The notes under the pieces were generated by a model that was given only the letters and a program-made list of their open reading frames with translations, searched no databases and was not told where the DNA came from. The position numbers and the translations under genes were made by a program. Shown one piece after another: positions 52,329 to 64,000 of a stretch of DNA of 64,000 nt. Position 1 is the first letter of the stretch; every line of letters begins with the position of its first letter. The DNA comes from Octopus vulgaris (lineage: Eukaryota), in the NCBI GenBank assembly GCA_951406725.2, contig OX597815.1, forward strand, positions 49,538,001-49,602,000, in the 5' to 3' direction.

Positions 52329-53896
52329 TTTGTATAATATGGGTGGGTCTGTATGTATTTGTGCCTTCTAGTCTTGAAATCATATGATAGCTGCAAACAA
52401 GAGTCACCACCATCCAAGTAGTGTCTTCCATCTCCAATCTTCCATAAAAACATGTTCCTCCAGGAAAAAATATTACCTTATTTGAAAACAGGTGACGGTT
52501 GGCAACAGTAAGGGCATCAATCACAGGCCAACCGAAGTGAACATGAAAATGTGGATGTCAAAACAAATGATCATGGTCTTATTTACTAACTTTTGGTGAC
52601 ACAGACGTCTGCAAGTTATTTAGATTCTGAGCCTTACTTCAAAATACATCATTTGATGAGAGAATCCTTTGACATTGATATAAAATTGCATTCACAGAGT
52701 AACTGTAAAAAAGTTGAAGCTTGTATACCAGTCCAAACAATATTTTTCAAGAATAGAAAATCAGACACAGTCATGCTGTTTGAAAGTACTAGACTCAATA
52801 GTTAGTTCTAAATTATTAGACAAGGCCAAAAATTTTGGGAGATAGGGTAGGTTAATTATATTGACCTCAGCACTCAGCTGATACTTATCTTATCAACCTG
52901 AAAAGGATGAAAGACAAAGTCAACCTTGGCAGAATTTGAACTTAGAATATAAAGATGAATGAGATCCACATGCTGAAGTTAGTCAAAACAATTCACCTTC
53001 TGTTCCTTAATATGATATCCATTCTATCTCCCTGCCAAACATGATGATTTACAAACCTGCTAAATAGGTTGTTTTCATCTGCATTATTACTTTATGATAT
53101 GATTTACAAATGTAACAATCAATTGTATTTTCCCTAAGACATGCTTGACATAAGATAGTTGTTTGTCCCACAATTTCTTTAATTCATTCTAGCCACATGG
53201 TAGTCCTACTATCATGCACTATACTGTGAAGATTCTACAAATGTATATTATTTTCATAAGAAAAAATACTTTGTAGTCACACCTTGCTTTTCCTTTATCT
53301 TCTGCTGTGACCTTTGCTCTCCAGAATTTGTCAGCTCTATACCAACATTTGTCAATCCTTCTCTTCTCAAAATTGTTTTTCTTTTCCATTAGACTTTCTA
53401 ATAACTTAATTCCTAATCTTATCCCTTTAAAGCAGTATCTCCACTGACAACTCAGCTGCAATTAGCAACTTACTCAAATCATGCTCTACCATCTTAAATT
53501 AGGAAAGAACACTTAGATAATGTTGTCCTGCTTACTCCAAGATGATCAGGGCTAGAATGCCATTGATCATAGGTTTGCTCAAAAAGGGCTAACTTAGGGT
53601 TAAACGATAATGTTCTATGCTCACATCTTTAGTGTAACTATTAACTTCCAACATTTGCAAGGAAACCTTAATTCTGCCACCTAACATCATATCTATAAGC
53701 CCAAAAAAGATTAAAGAGTATAAGGAAATCTATGATGGATATAAATGACATTAAAACATCTAACCAAAAAAAAAAAAGAAAACCTTGTTCACTAGACTGG
53801 ACTCTTATAATTTAAATGGGCAGATGGGACTCGGGAGTCATATTGATTCAGTTCTCACCAGGTCATATGACAGCCAGTGATTGTGAATATACACAT

Positions 53897-53943
<47 letters not shown>

Positions 53944-54495
53944 CATACACACACACACACACGCACACACGCACATACATGGCCATTTGCAAAATTTCAG
54001 TCTAACAAATTTAAATCACAAAGCTTTTGTCAACACAAAGCCACATCAAATATGCCAGAAATTGGAATGGATCAAACTTGGAACCACATGGTTGCAAAGC
54101 AATATCTCTTTACCACAAGGCTATCTTACACCCTCATGTGACTAGAAACCTAACAAAAGTTCACTCATTATTAATCATTTTCAACTTGGAACAGTCAAGT
54201 GGTAATTTGGCATTTTCTATATGTCAACAACTACTCTAACTTACTGATCCAAATATTAGACTAATAAATCAAAGAAAAACAAAAACACAAATGTTACATC
54301 AAACAAATAAACAAAACAAAGTAAAAAAAAAGTATGATAAAGTGGGAAAATTGTTGATATCTGTCTCAGTGCTTCATATATAAGTGGCTTCCATCAAATA
54401 ATTTTTAATAGGGGTTGGAATATAATTATGATTATTAATTGAATTTAGAACTCTTTACTTGTAGATGACCAAATCAAAAAGAAAAACAAATAATA

Positions 54496-54820
54496 ACAAG
54501 AGCACTCAGAAAGCACAAACCTCTGCCAAGGCAACACCAACATCCTCTCAACAATTAGCCGGAGATGATTTTTAAAATAAGAATATCTGAAATGAACTCG
54601 ACTGCTCTAAAAAATTAAATTAAAAAACTGGAAAAATAATCCAGAATCCTTGTCCGGTACTGGATTGATTCTAAAATCTAATCAGTTCATGCCAGTCATG
54701 AGGCCAAACAACCCTGAAAGCTTCATCCGAATCCACCCGGCAGTTCTTGAGATATCTTGTCCACAGACAAACAAACACAACTAAAAACAATACCTCTGCC
54801 TTCACTAAGGCAGAGGTAAT
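54496..54820 (+). mobile_element. Helentron-associated non-autonomous element (HINE/DINE-1-like)
   Basis: 5' sub-terminal acctctgccaagg, internal gacaaacaaac repeat and a 3' 12-bp hairpin tacctctgcctt-cact-aaggcagaggta. Confidence 0.65.
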
Positions 54821-54824
54821 AATG

Positions 54825-55912
<1,088 letters not shown>

Positions 55913-56491
55913 AGAAGACAAAGAACAAAAACAACAGCAACATCATCATCATCAACATCATCCCCATCATCATCATCTGTGATACAAACTGCAAAACTAT
56001 TTCATTATTATTTTGTTTAGTTTTGGTGGTAAAATCAATAATTAATTCTTTGTATGTATTTTGAAATTCTATTTCTTAAATGAAAAAAACATAACTAAGC
56101 AAATACTTGTATTACCTTGTGTGTGTATGTGAAATGAAAACAAACACACACATACATATATATGTAAGTATGTATGCATACAATGCTATATCTTAATTGA
56201 TATACTTGAGACAGCACTAATTAAAAATGTGTAGAGTCAAATAACTCAATATACTAGAAACAACAGACTGTGGCCATGCTGGGGCACCAACTTAAAGAAT
56301 TCTTTTAGTTGAATGAATTGACCCCATGACGTTTTTTAAGCTTGGTACTTATTCTATCAGTCTCTTTTGCCAAGTCGTTAAGTTATGGGGACACAAACAA
56401 ATCAACACTGGTTGTCAAGTGGGTGGTGGAGGACAAACACAGACACTAAAATGCACATACATACATATATATGTGTGTGTTTATATATATA

Positions 56492-57367
56492 CGAGGGGAA
56501 GTCAAAAATTATCTGCACTTCACCATAACATATTTTTATTATTGTCACACCTGCCTTCTGTAGATGTGTGCTTATAGTTGGTACTATTGTGGTCACATGA
56601 TTGAGGTTTGAGTCTGATCACATCATTTTTCATTCTGGCTTCACAGTGTAAGCATGGCTGTTCCACTAGCAATGTGCACTAAGGAAGAATGAAGAGCAGA
56701 ATAGTCACAGGGGATGAAACGTGGGTCCATTATTATGAGGTAGAATACAAAAGACAGAATATGGAGCGGAAACATCCTGGCTCACCAGTGATGAAGAAAT
56801 TCAAGACTCAGTCTTCCATGGGAAGGGTGATGCTAACCTTTTTGGGACTCAAAAGGGCCTATACTGGAAGACTACCTGGAAAAGGGGTGTACAATCAACA
56901 GTGCAAGATACAGTGCTTTGCTGGCCAACAAACTGAAGCCAGCAATTTGCACCAAATGCCGAAGTCTATTGTCAAAGAAAGTTTTGTTGTTGCATGACAA
57001 TGCACGCCCACACACAGTCACCCTGACCATTGAAACCATTAACCAATTGGGTTTTGAGGTGCTGGAACATCCTGTCACCAGCCCAGATCTTACCCTTTCC
57101 AACTATCCTATCTTTGGACCACTCAAAGATGGTTTACAAGGTCGTTGATTTCCTATGGATGAAGATGTGATGGAAGTGGCGCATAGATGGTTGCATGACC
57201 AACCAAAAACCTTCTTCCTGGAGGGAATACATAAGCTTGCGGACCACTGAACCAAGTGCCTCGAAAAGGAAGGAGACTATATAGAAAAATGACGTACTTG
57301 TTTATCCCCTACTTTTGTGTAAATACATTGAAAATACAAGAGTGCATACAATTTTTGACTCTCCCTC

Positions 57368-57368
<1 letters not shown>
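56492..57368 (+). mobile_element. Internally deleted mariner (Tc1/mariner) transposon with both TIRs
   Basis: TA-cgaggggaagtcaaaaatt...aatttttgactctccctca-TA. ORFs IVTGDETWVHYY..HPGSP..KKFK and LLHDNARPH..LEHP..SPDL..IFGPLK. Frameshifted, N-terminal HTH largely missing, inserted in the TA tract of a minus-strand SINE A (56265-57580). Confidence 0.95.
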
Positions 57369-57420
<52 letters not shown>

Positions 57421-57849
57421 ACAGGTTTCGTTCAGCTTCCGGCTATCAAATTCACTCACAAGGCTTCGATCAGCCTAGGCTATAGTAAAAGACACTTGCC
57501 CAAGGTGCCACACAGTGTGACTGAACCTAGAACCATGTGAGTGAAATAAGCTTCTTACCACACAACCACACCTGCACCTATGTTGAGAAATGCTAAAATA
57601 AAAAGCAGCATGAGGTTAGAGACTTTGAGCTCTTAAAATTTCACGTATATACAGTTATACACTGTTATAAGTAGAGAGATTGAGGTCTTACAATGAAATA
57701 TATTGAGCTTAGAGTGGCAGGTTGTTAGGTGTTTCTTGCAGAAGAAACAAAATGTTCCAAAACAATCTGGGCTACCAAAAATAGAAATATGATATATTGT
57801 ATACATAATGTGAAATCAATATTTAACCCGGGAAGACAGGATCAAATAT

Positions 57850-58582
57850 TAATTTCAAATTTTGGCACAAGGCCAGCAATTTTTGAGGGAGAGGATGAAT
57901 CAATTACATCGACCCCAGTGTTCAACTGGTACTTATTTTATCAAACCTGAAAAGATGGAAAGGCAAAGTCATCCTTGGTGGAATTTGAATTCAGAATGTA
58001 AAAATGGATGAAATTCTGTTAGGCATTTTGCCTGGCATACTAACAATTCTGCCAGATCATCACCTTATGATAATAATAATTCTTTCTACTATAGGCAAAA
58101 AGCTTGAAATTTTGGGGAAGGGGCCAGTCAATTACATCAACCCCAGTATTCCATCATCATCGTCATCATCATCATTATCATCATATAACGTCTGCTTTCC
58201 ATGCTAGCATGAGTTGGACAATTTGACTGAGTACTGGCGAACCAAATGGCTGCACCAGACTCCAATCTGATCTGGCAGAGTTTCTATAGCTGGATGCCCT
58301 TCTAATCACCAACCGCTCCGAGAGTGTAGTGGGTGCTCTACTGGTACTTAATTTATCGACCCTGAATGGATGAAAGGCAAAGTCGACCTCAGTGGAATTT
58401 GAACTCAGAGCATAGCAATGGACAAAATACTACAAAGCATTTCATCCAGCATGTTAATGATTCTGCCAGCTCACTGGAAGAAGAAGAAGAAGAAGAAGAA
58501 GAAGAAGAAGAAGAAGAAGAAGAAGAAGAAGAAGAAGAAGAAGAAGAAGAAGAAGAAGAAGAAGAAGAAGAAGAAGAAGAAG

Positions 58583-58621
<39 letters not shown>

Positions 58622-58805
58622 CCTTTCTGCTATTGCAACAAGGCCTGAAATTTAGGGTTAGGGACTAGTTGATTACATCGACACCAGTGTTATAATATTT
58701 ATTTCATTAACCCTTAGAGGATGAATGTTGACTTCAGTGGAATTTGAACTCAGAACATAAAGATAAATGAAATGCTGCTAACGATTCCACTAGTTGGCCG
58801 CCTTG
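57850..58805 (-). mobile_element. Three tandem SINE family B copies, one split by a family R insertion (58150-58338)
   Basis: Family B motifs repeated; (GAA)n(CAA)n spacer at 58477-58620. Confidence 0.82.
58477..58620. repeat. (GAA)n followed by (CAA)n
   Basis: Pure triplet runs. Confidence 0.97.
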
Positions 58806-59123
58806 AAGGGGTTAAATATTAAATTGACTTTTATAATATAAATACAATAGTATAATATAGTCTATTGATATATAAATTTTAGCTTCATGATAGCAATCAC
58901 TTAATTAGGTTAGAGGTTTTTATACGTATCCATATATACTTGCATATAAGTCTGTATTTCATGTTATAGTACTTGGTTGGCCAATACAGTGTGAGTGAAT
59001 TTGATGAGGGAAATAGCACACAATCTGGTGTATGTACATATAATGTATATATATATATATATATGCATTTGTATATATATGTATTATAATGTAATAGTTA
59101 CTATGAAGCATTGTGTAGAGAGT

Positions 59124-59491
59124 ATATTGTGTAAAAGATCGTGGGTAAGGTTAGAACAATGTGAAATAAAAGCAAGGTAAATCACAAGAAAACAAATATA
59201 TGAATTAATGTAGACTTACCTTGCATGCAATATTTCGGGGTTATGACCCCATCCTCAAGAAATTAACGAATGTTGCTGATATGCATGTGTATGTATGTGT
59301 GTGCATGTCCACTCCACATACACTCACAATATGCACATCCTGCAACATTCGTTAATTTCTTGAGGACGGGTTTCTAACCCCCAAAATATTGAATGCAAGG
59401 CAAATCTACATTAATTCATACATTTGTTTTCGTGTGATTTGCCTTGCTTTTACTCTGCATCGTTCTGGCCTTACCCATGATTCTTTATACA

Positions 59492-59495
<4 letters not shown>
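59124..59495. mobile_element. Diverged fold-back (inverted repeat) with hammerhead-like cores, Penelope pLTR-like
   Basis: ~59124-59300 is the imperfect reverse complement of ~59320-59495. The left arm on the minus strand reads ttgagga-t-gggg-tcataa-cccc-gaaa. Confidence 0.65.
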
Positions 59496-59558
<63 letters not shown>

Positions 59559-60044
59559 AGATAGCATACATACATATATATCATTGCTATTATACAACAG
59601 TGTGTTAAGTCCAAAATGTTGCCTTTTCAGAAAACAAAAAAATAGTTCCACCATTCCATATCTTTTTACATTAGCAACAGTTTCAGCTGAACAATAGTAC
59701 TTTGTTGGGTGCATAAAATCGTAATTCCATACATATATGATATTTTCAATCAGAAATATTTTTGCAAAACTGTCATTCTACACTTTTGGAGAATGCTAAA
59801 CCATTGTACTACACTTTGACAATGTCCATAGCTTGGCATCTGAAGCAGCTGGAGATTCGATAGTTTGTCCAAAAGAACTGGCTATTGCAAGCAAAATTAA
59901 ATATTGAAAAAAATGCATTTGGTCACATTTGGACATACAACAGTTTAATATAATAGCAACAATATATAATTGAATATGAAGAGGAGAGTGGAGGTTTATT
60001 CATATCCAAAAAGTTTTATTGAAAAAATTTTCTACAGCACATAT

Positions 60045-60440
60045 AATATGAAACCAAAATACAATCTTCTTGCTCCTGTCATATCAACCAAATATTCTCC
60101 TCATTCATGTCTCTCTCCCAATCCAAACCTACTAACATGTTTCTCTTCCTGCTGTCTTTTCCCAACCAGTGGGTTGAAATCCCCCATCACTATGGTGTAT
60201 TTGGATTTGTGGATTAGTGCTTCCTCTAAGCTCTTTTTTGGGAGCATAGATCTAGAAGATCTTCAAATTGGCATTTCCTGAAAGGTGAGCATTTAGCACT
60301 CAGAGGCATGAAGAAGACAATTGACAGGAAGCAATTTTTAAAGCCCATCTTTTGCTTCAGACGAACCGTATACCACCTGTTGTTCTCATACCTTCTGCTT
60401 TTCCCAGTCTAATGACACTTGCATCTGACTATCTTGCATT
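60045..60440 (-). pseudogene. RTE-type LINE apurinic endonuclease (APE) fragment
   Basis: Minus strand: ..GGIRFV*SK../YAP../LEEALIHKSKYTIVMGDFNPLVGKRQQEEKHVSRFGLGERHE*GEYLVD (GDFN motif, FGLG.RNE.G). Confidence 0.85.
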
Positions 60441-60874
60441 TATTTATTTCCTTTGGTATGTTTCACAAAGCCCTAGCACATTATATTTTATCTTTTTCTC
60501 TTCCATTAGTTGCTGAACGGTCTCCTAGAGATTGGATAAGGTCACTCAGAAGGCTTCCACAATAATGGGAAGGCAATTTAGTTAAACAAGTTGGACCAAG
60601 ATGAAAAAGATTGGCACAACTGGTAGTATATTGTAACCAGCAAGAATAACAGCATTTGATAGTCTGGTCGATGCAGTGATACAATGATATATATATATAT
60701 AGAGAGAGAGAGAGAAAGAGAGGGAGAGCTTAGCTGGCCTAAACTTCAAAGCCCCTGTCAAGAATATTCTTGTTTAAGAATACATTTGTACTCAGCAAAA
60801 GTATAGAATAACCCATCAGATTAATGTAAAATTGTTTTTGTTATAAATTGTTTTATTATAACAGAAGTCAAGTG

Positions 60875-61245
60875 ATTGAGTTCCTTTCGTGTGTTGGGCT
60901 TCATGGAGGCGATAAACAAGACCTTTGGCATAACGTCGTGCTTGGGAAGAAGACACATCCAGCCGAGCAGAATCCCAGTCATGGCAGATACTGGTGTCAC
61001 ACAAATTGGCACCCGTGCCTGTGGCATGTTTATATGCATCCTAGTGTCATGCAAATGGTACCCGTGTCGGTGGCATATAGAAGCACCCATTACACCCTCA
61101 GAGTGGTTGGCATTAGGAAGGGCATCCAGTCATAGAAAACCATGCCAAATCGGACTGGAGTCTGGTGCAGCCTTCCAGTGTGCCAGCCCAGTCAAACTGT
61201 CTAACCCATGCCAGCATGGGCAACAGACATTAAATGATGATGATA
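60875..61245 (+). mobile_element. RTE 3' end (family R)
   Basis: Last codons of the RTE ORF plus the family R tail and (GAT)n. Confidence 0.75.
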
Positions 61246-61326
61246 ATATATATACATATATGTATGTGGGTTTTTGTGTGTGTGTGTGTGTAGATGTGTG
61301 TATGTATGTATCTCTATATATATCTA

Positions 61327-61376
<50 letters not shown>

Positions 61377-62315
61377 TATATATATACATGGCAATCATCA
61401 TCATTATTTAATGTTTCTTTTCTATACCAGCATGGGTTGGGTGGTTTAACAGGATCTGGTGAACTGCAGGGCTGAGTTTGATCTCCAATGGTAAGTGTGT
61501 GGGGTGTTAATTTACATTTGTGTTTCTTCAAAAATTGCTTGGATCCCCTCAATGATATTTTAATTAATCCTTTCAACAGTCTGCTGTCTCACATGTTACC
61601 CATGTCAACTGCCTTTCAACAGTCTGCTGAAAGACATATGCATAATTGACCACATATTTGCAAAACAGGTTAGTAAATGCTTCAATGATATATTCATCTG
61701 GTATTGAAATATGGAAGTAAAAATAGACGAATATATCTAAATACATACTATTTTTCTGTGTGATACTATCTACCATTTACCACTCAAAAGGTCTTGACGA
61801 ACCTAATGGTGGTCTAAGAGCATAATGTTTACATTTCAGTTTTACAAAAGATACTGCAAACTTTTCTTTTTTTTTCATTTAGTCAGGAGGGAAAGGCAGT
61901 TCTTATGACTCTTCAGTGGACCACCAAGACCGTGGGTTGAAGGGAGGAGGGTATCTTCAAATCAGAGATTTGACTGGAATGCTTCCAACAGAGAGAACTC
62001 CACTGAAGGCTTCCAAGGACCAGATGGTGATGCTATGCAAGGCAATAGAATACGTCTATCATTCATGTATGTCAAGCAGGATTTGAACTCAGAATGCAAA
62101 GACTTAGAACAAATACCACTAGATATCTCATCTAATGCTCATAGATTTCTGCCAGGCCATCACCATTGACTGGAACTATATTTGTTGACTCCAGAAGGAT
62201 GAGAGACAAAGGCAGTTGACATGGATAACATTTGAACTCAAAATGCAAAACACTGGAATAAATGCTACAAGGTATTGTGTCCAACATTCTGACAACCCTA
62301 CCAATTTACACCCTA

Positions 62316-62700
62316 AGGTGCATCTTTTTGGCACTGAGTGTTACCACCATGAACCAATTATCGGACCATGGTAGAATTGTAACCAGGCCAATGAAGTACT
62401 TTGGATAAAGTTCTCATGGGTGAAGAAGACAATCTTAGTCAAGACATTAAGGGTGAAGGACATAGATGTGTGTAACAATGCGAAGAATTCTAACATAATG
62501 CTTATTGAATTCAGTTTAGTAACTTTATAAAAGACACTAAAGACTGCCTACAAATGTAGTCAGTGCTTAGTAAAAACAGAGGATAGCATTAAAAGATGAA
62601 TAGAAGATGCAGAGGATGACCCTGAGTATCAAGTGTTAAGAGAGAAAGACATTGTGGATGATGGAGACAGTGAACCATTACCTGATTGGTAGACATTATC
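62316..62700 (+). pseudogene. Decayed pogo/Tigger transposase fragment
   Basis: RCIFLALSVTTMNQLSDHGRIVT (like FLPPNTTS.IQPMDQG.I), LDKVLMGEEDNLSQDIKG and EDAEDDPEYQVLREKDIV; stops and frameshifts present. Confidence 0.65.
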
Positions 62701-62999
62701 AAATACAGTAATGTATTTTTGTTAGTAACCTGAGAATGTTGTATTTCCTTGAGTGTGTATGTGTGCATGGATACACATATATGAACACACACATATACAC
62801 ACGCACACTTATTTCGGTTGGGTGATCACAGAATCTACAAAAGAAAAGAACTCAGTGCTATAAACAGAATAGGTATATTTAGTTTTTATTGTCTCCTGGA
62901 AACATGACCAGATGTGAAGATTTGTCTCAACAAGATGAGACCACACAACAAATGAACTGTTCAAGGAAACGATCCTATTTCTTCATTCATCTTCATTCC

Positions 63000-63195
63000 T
63001 ATTTACAGAAGCAAACTCTACCTCTTTATTGTTTATGCTAACAACTTATACTTCATCATTGTTTACAGAAACGTGGTATGCCTCATTCCTGTAGCTTGTC
63101 ATTGCTTACAGAAAAAAATCTATACCACATCCCTGTTTACAGAAATAAGGTATGGCTCATCTGTTTACTGAAGAAAGCTATGCTTCATTCTTATC
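63000..63195. repeat. Degenerate ~30-bp minisatellite
   Basis: Recurrent gtttacagaa...tat(g/a)c(c/t)tcat units. Confidence 0.6.
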
Positions 63196-63307
63196 AAACC
63201 AATGAGGGATTTTCTTTACTCATCCTGCTAGAAATATTAATATCTCCCTCAATAAACAGTTTAATCTTTTAACCCTTTTGACTCCAACCAGTCTGGAACT
63301 GCCCCTG

Positions 63308-63633
63308 GGACTTATTCTTTGTAAGTCTGGTACTTATTCTGTTGGTCCCTTTTGGTTCAGCAAAAGAGACCGATAAGTTACAAGAGACCACTAAGTTACA
63401 AGGATGTAAACACACCAGCATTGGACGGACAAACACACAAATATAAGCATATATATATATATATATATATACAATGGGTTTCTTTCAGTTTCCATCAGCC
63501 AAATCCATTCACAAGGCTTTGGTCAGCCCAAGGCTATCGTAGAAGACACTTGCCCAAGGTGTCACACAGTGGGACTGAGCACAGGACCATGTTGTTGGGA
63601 AGTAAGCTTCTTACCACATAACTATGCCTGCAC

Positions 63634-63635
<2 letters not shown>
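63308..63635 (-). mobile_element. SINE family A
   Basis: Reverse complement of the head and part of the body. Confidence 0.82.
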
Positions 63636-63666
<31 letters not shown>

Positions 63667-63695
63667 GACACACACACACACACACATACATATAT

Positions 63696-64000
63696 GCTGG
63701 TGGCACATTAAAAGCACCATTTGAGCGTGATCATTACCAGAGCACCTTGCTGGCACTTGTGCCGGTGGTACGTGAAAAAACATTCAAGTGAGATCAATGC
63801 CAGTGCCGCTGGACGGGCTCCTGTGCAGGTGGCACGTAAAAAACACCATTTGAGCATGGCCGTTGCCAGTACTGCCTGACTGACCCTCGTGCCAGTGGCA
63901 TGTAAAAGCATCCACTACTCTCTCTGAGTGGTTGGCATTAGGAAGAGCATCCAGCTGTAGAAACTCTACCAGATCAGATTGGAGCCTGGTGCAGCCATCT
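63696..64000 (+). mobile_element. RTE 3' UTR (family R), runs off the window end
   Basis: Tandem gtggcacgtaaaa units and the family R core. Confidence 0.85.

Noticed and set aside
53219-53461. AEDKG motif suggestive of a Penelope N-terminal region
   Set aside because: A single short motif; adjacent RT motifs could not be traced.
58366-58668. Poly-E/poly-Q protein ORF
   Set aside because: A (GAA)n(CAA)n tract flanked by antisense SINE B sequence.
60481-60684. Non-repetitive 67-aa minus-strand ORF
   Set aside because: No recognisable domain, non-ATG start, and it lies among decayed transposon fragments.

Overview
AT-rich, repeat-saturated eukaryotic DNA with no recognisable host protein-coding exon, rRNA or true tRNA gene. 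The repeat repertoire (tRNA-derived SINEs with internal TA/TG tracts, a Ceph-domain-like SINE, very dense di- and trinucleotide microsatellites) suggests an octopus or other coleoid cephalopod intron or intergenic region; this is inferred from recalled repeat families. Almost all ORF-track entries are translations of microsatellites or SINEs. Real protein similarity is limited to decayed transposon fragments: R4/Dong-type REL LINEs, RTE LINEs, a Tx1/L1-like LINE, mariner, pogo/Tigger, hAT and a probable Penelope. The most notable signal is a set of type I hammerhead-ribozyme motifs. These are a near-perfect ~1.1 kb palindrome (8411-9505) with an intact hammerhead on each strand and an unusually long stem II, an older fold-back with hammerhead-like cores (59124-59495), a solo minimal hammerhead (4501-4556) and a decayed one ending a Penelope-like remnant (32803-32845). 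Repeat boundaries were read by eye and are approximate.
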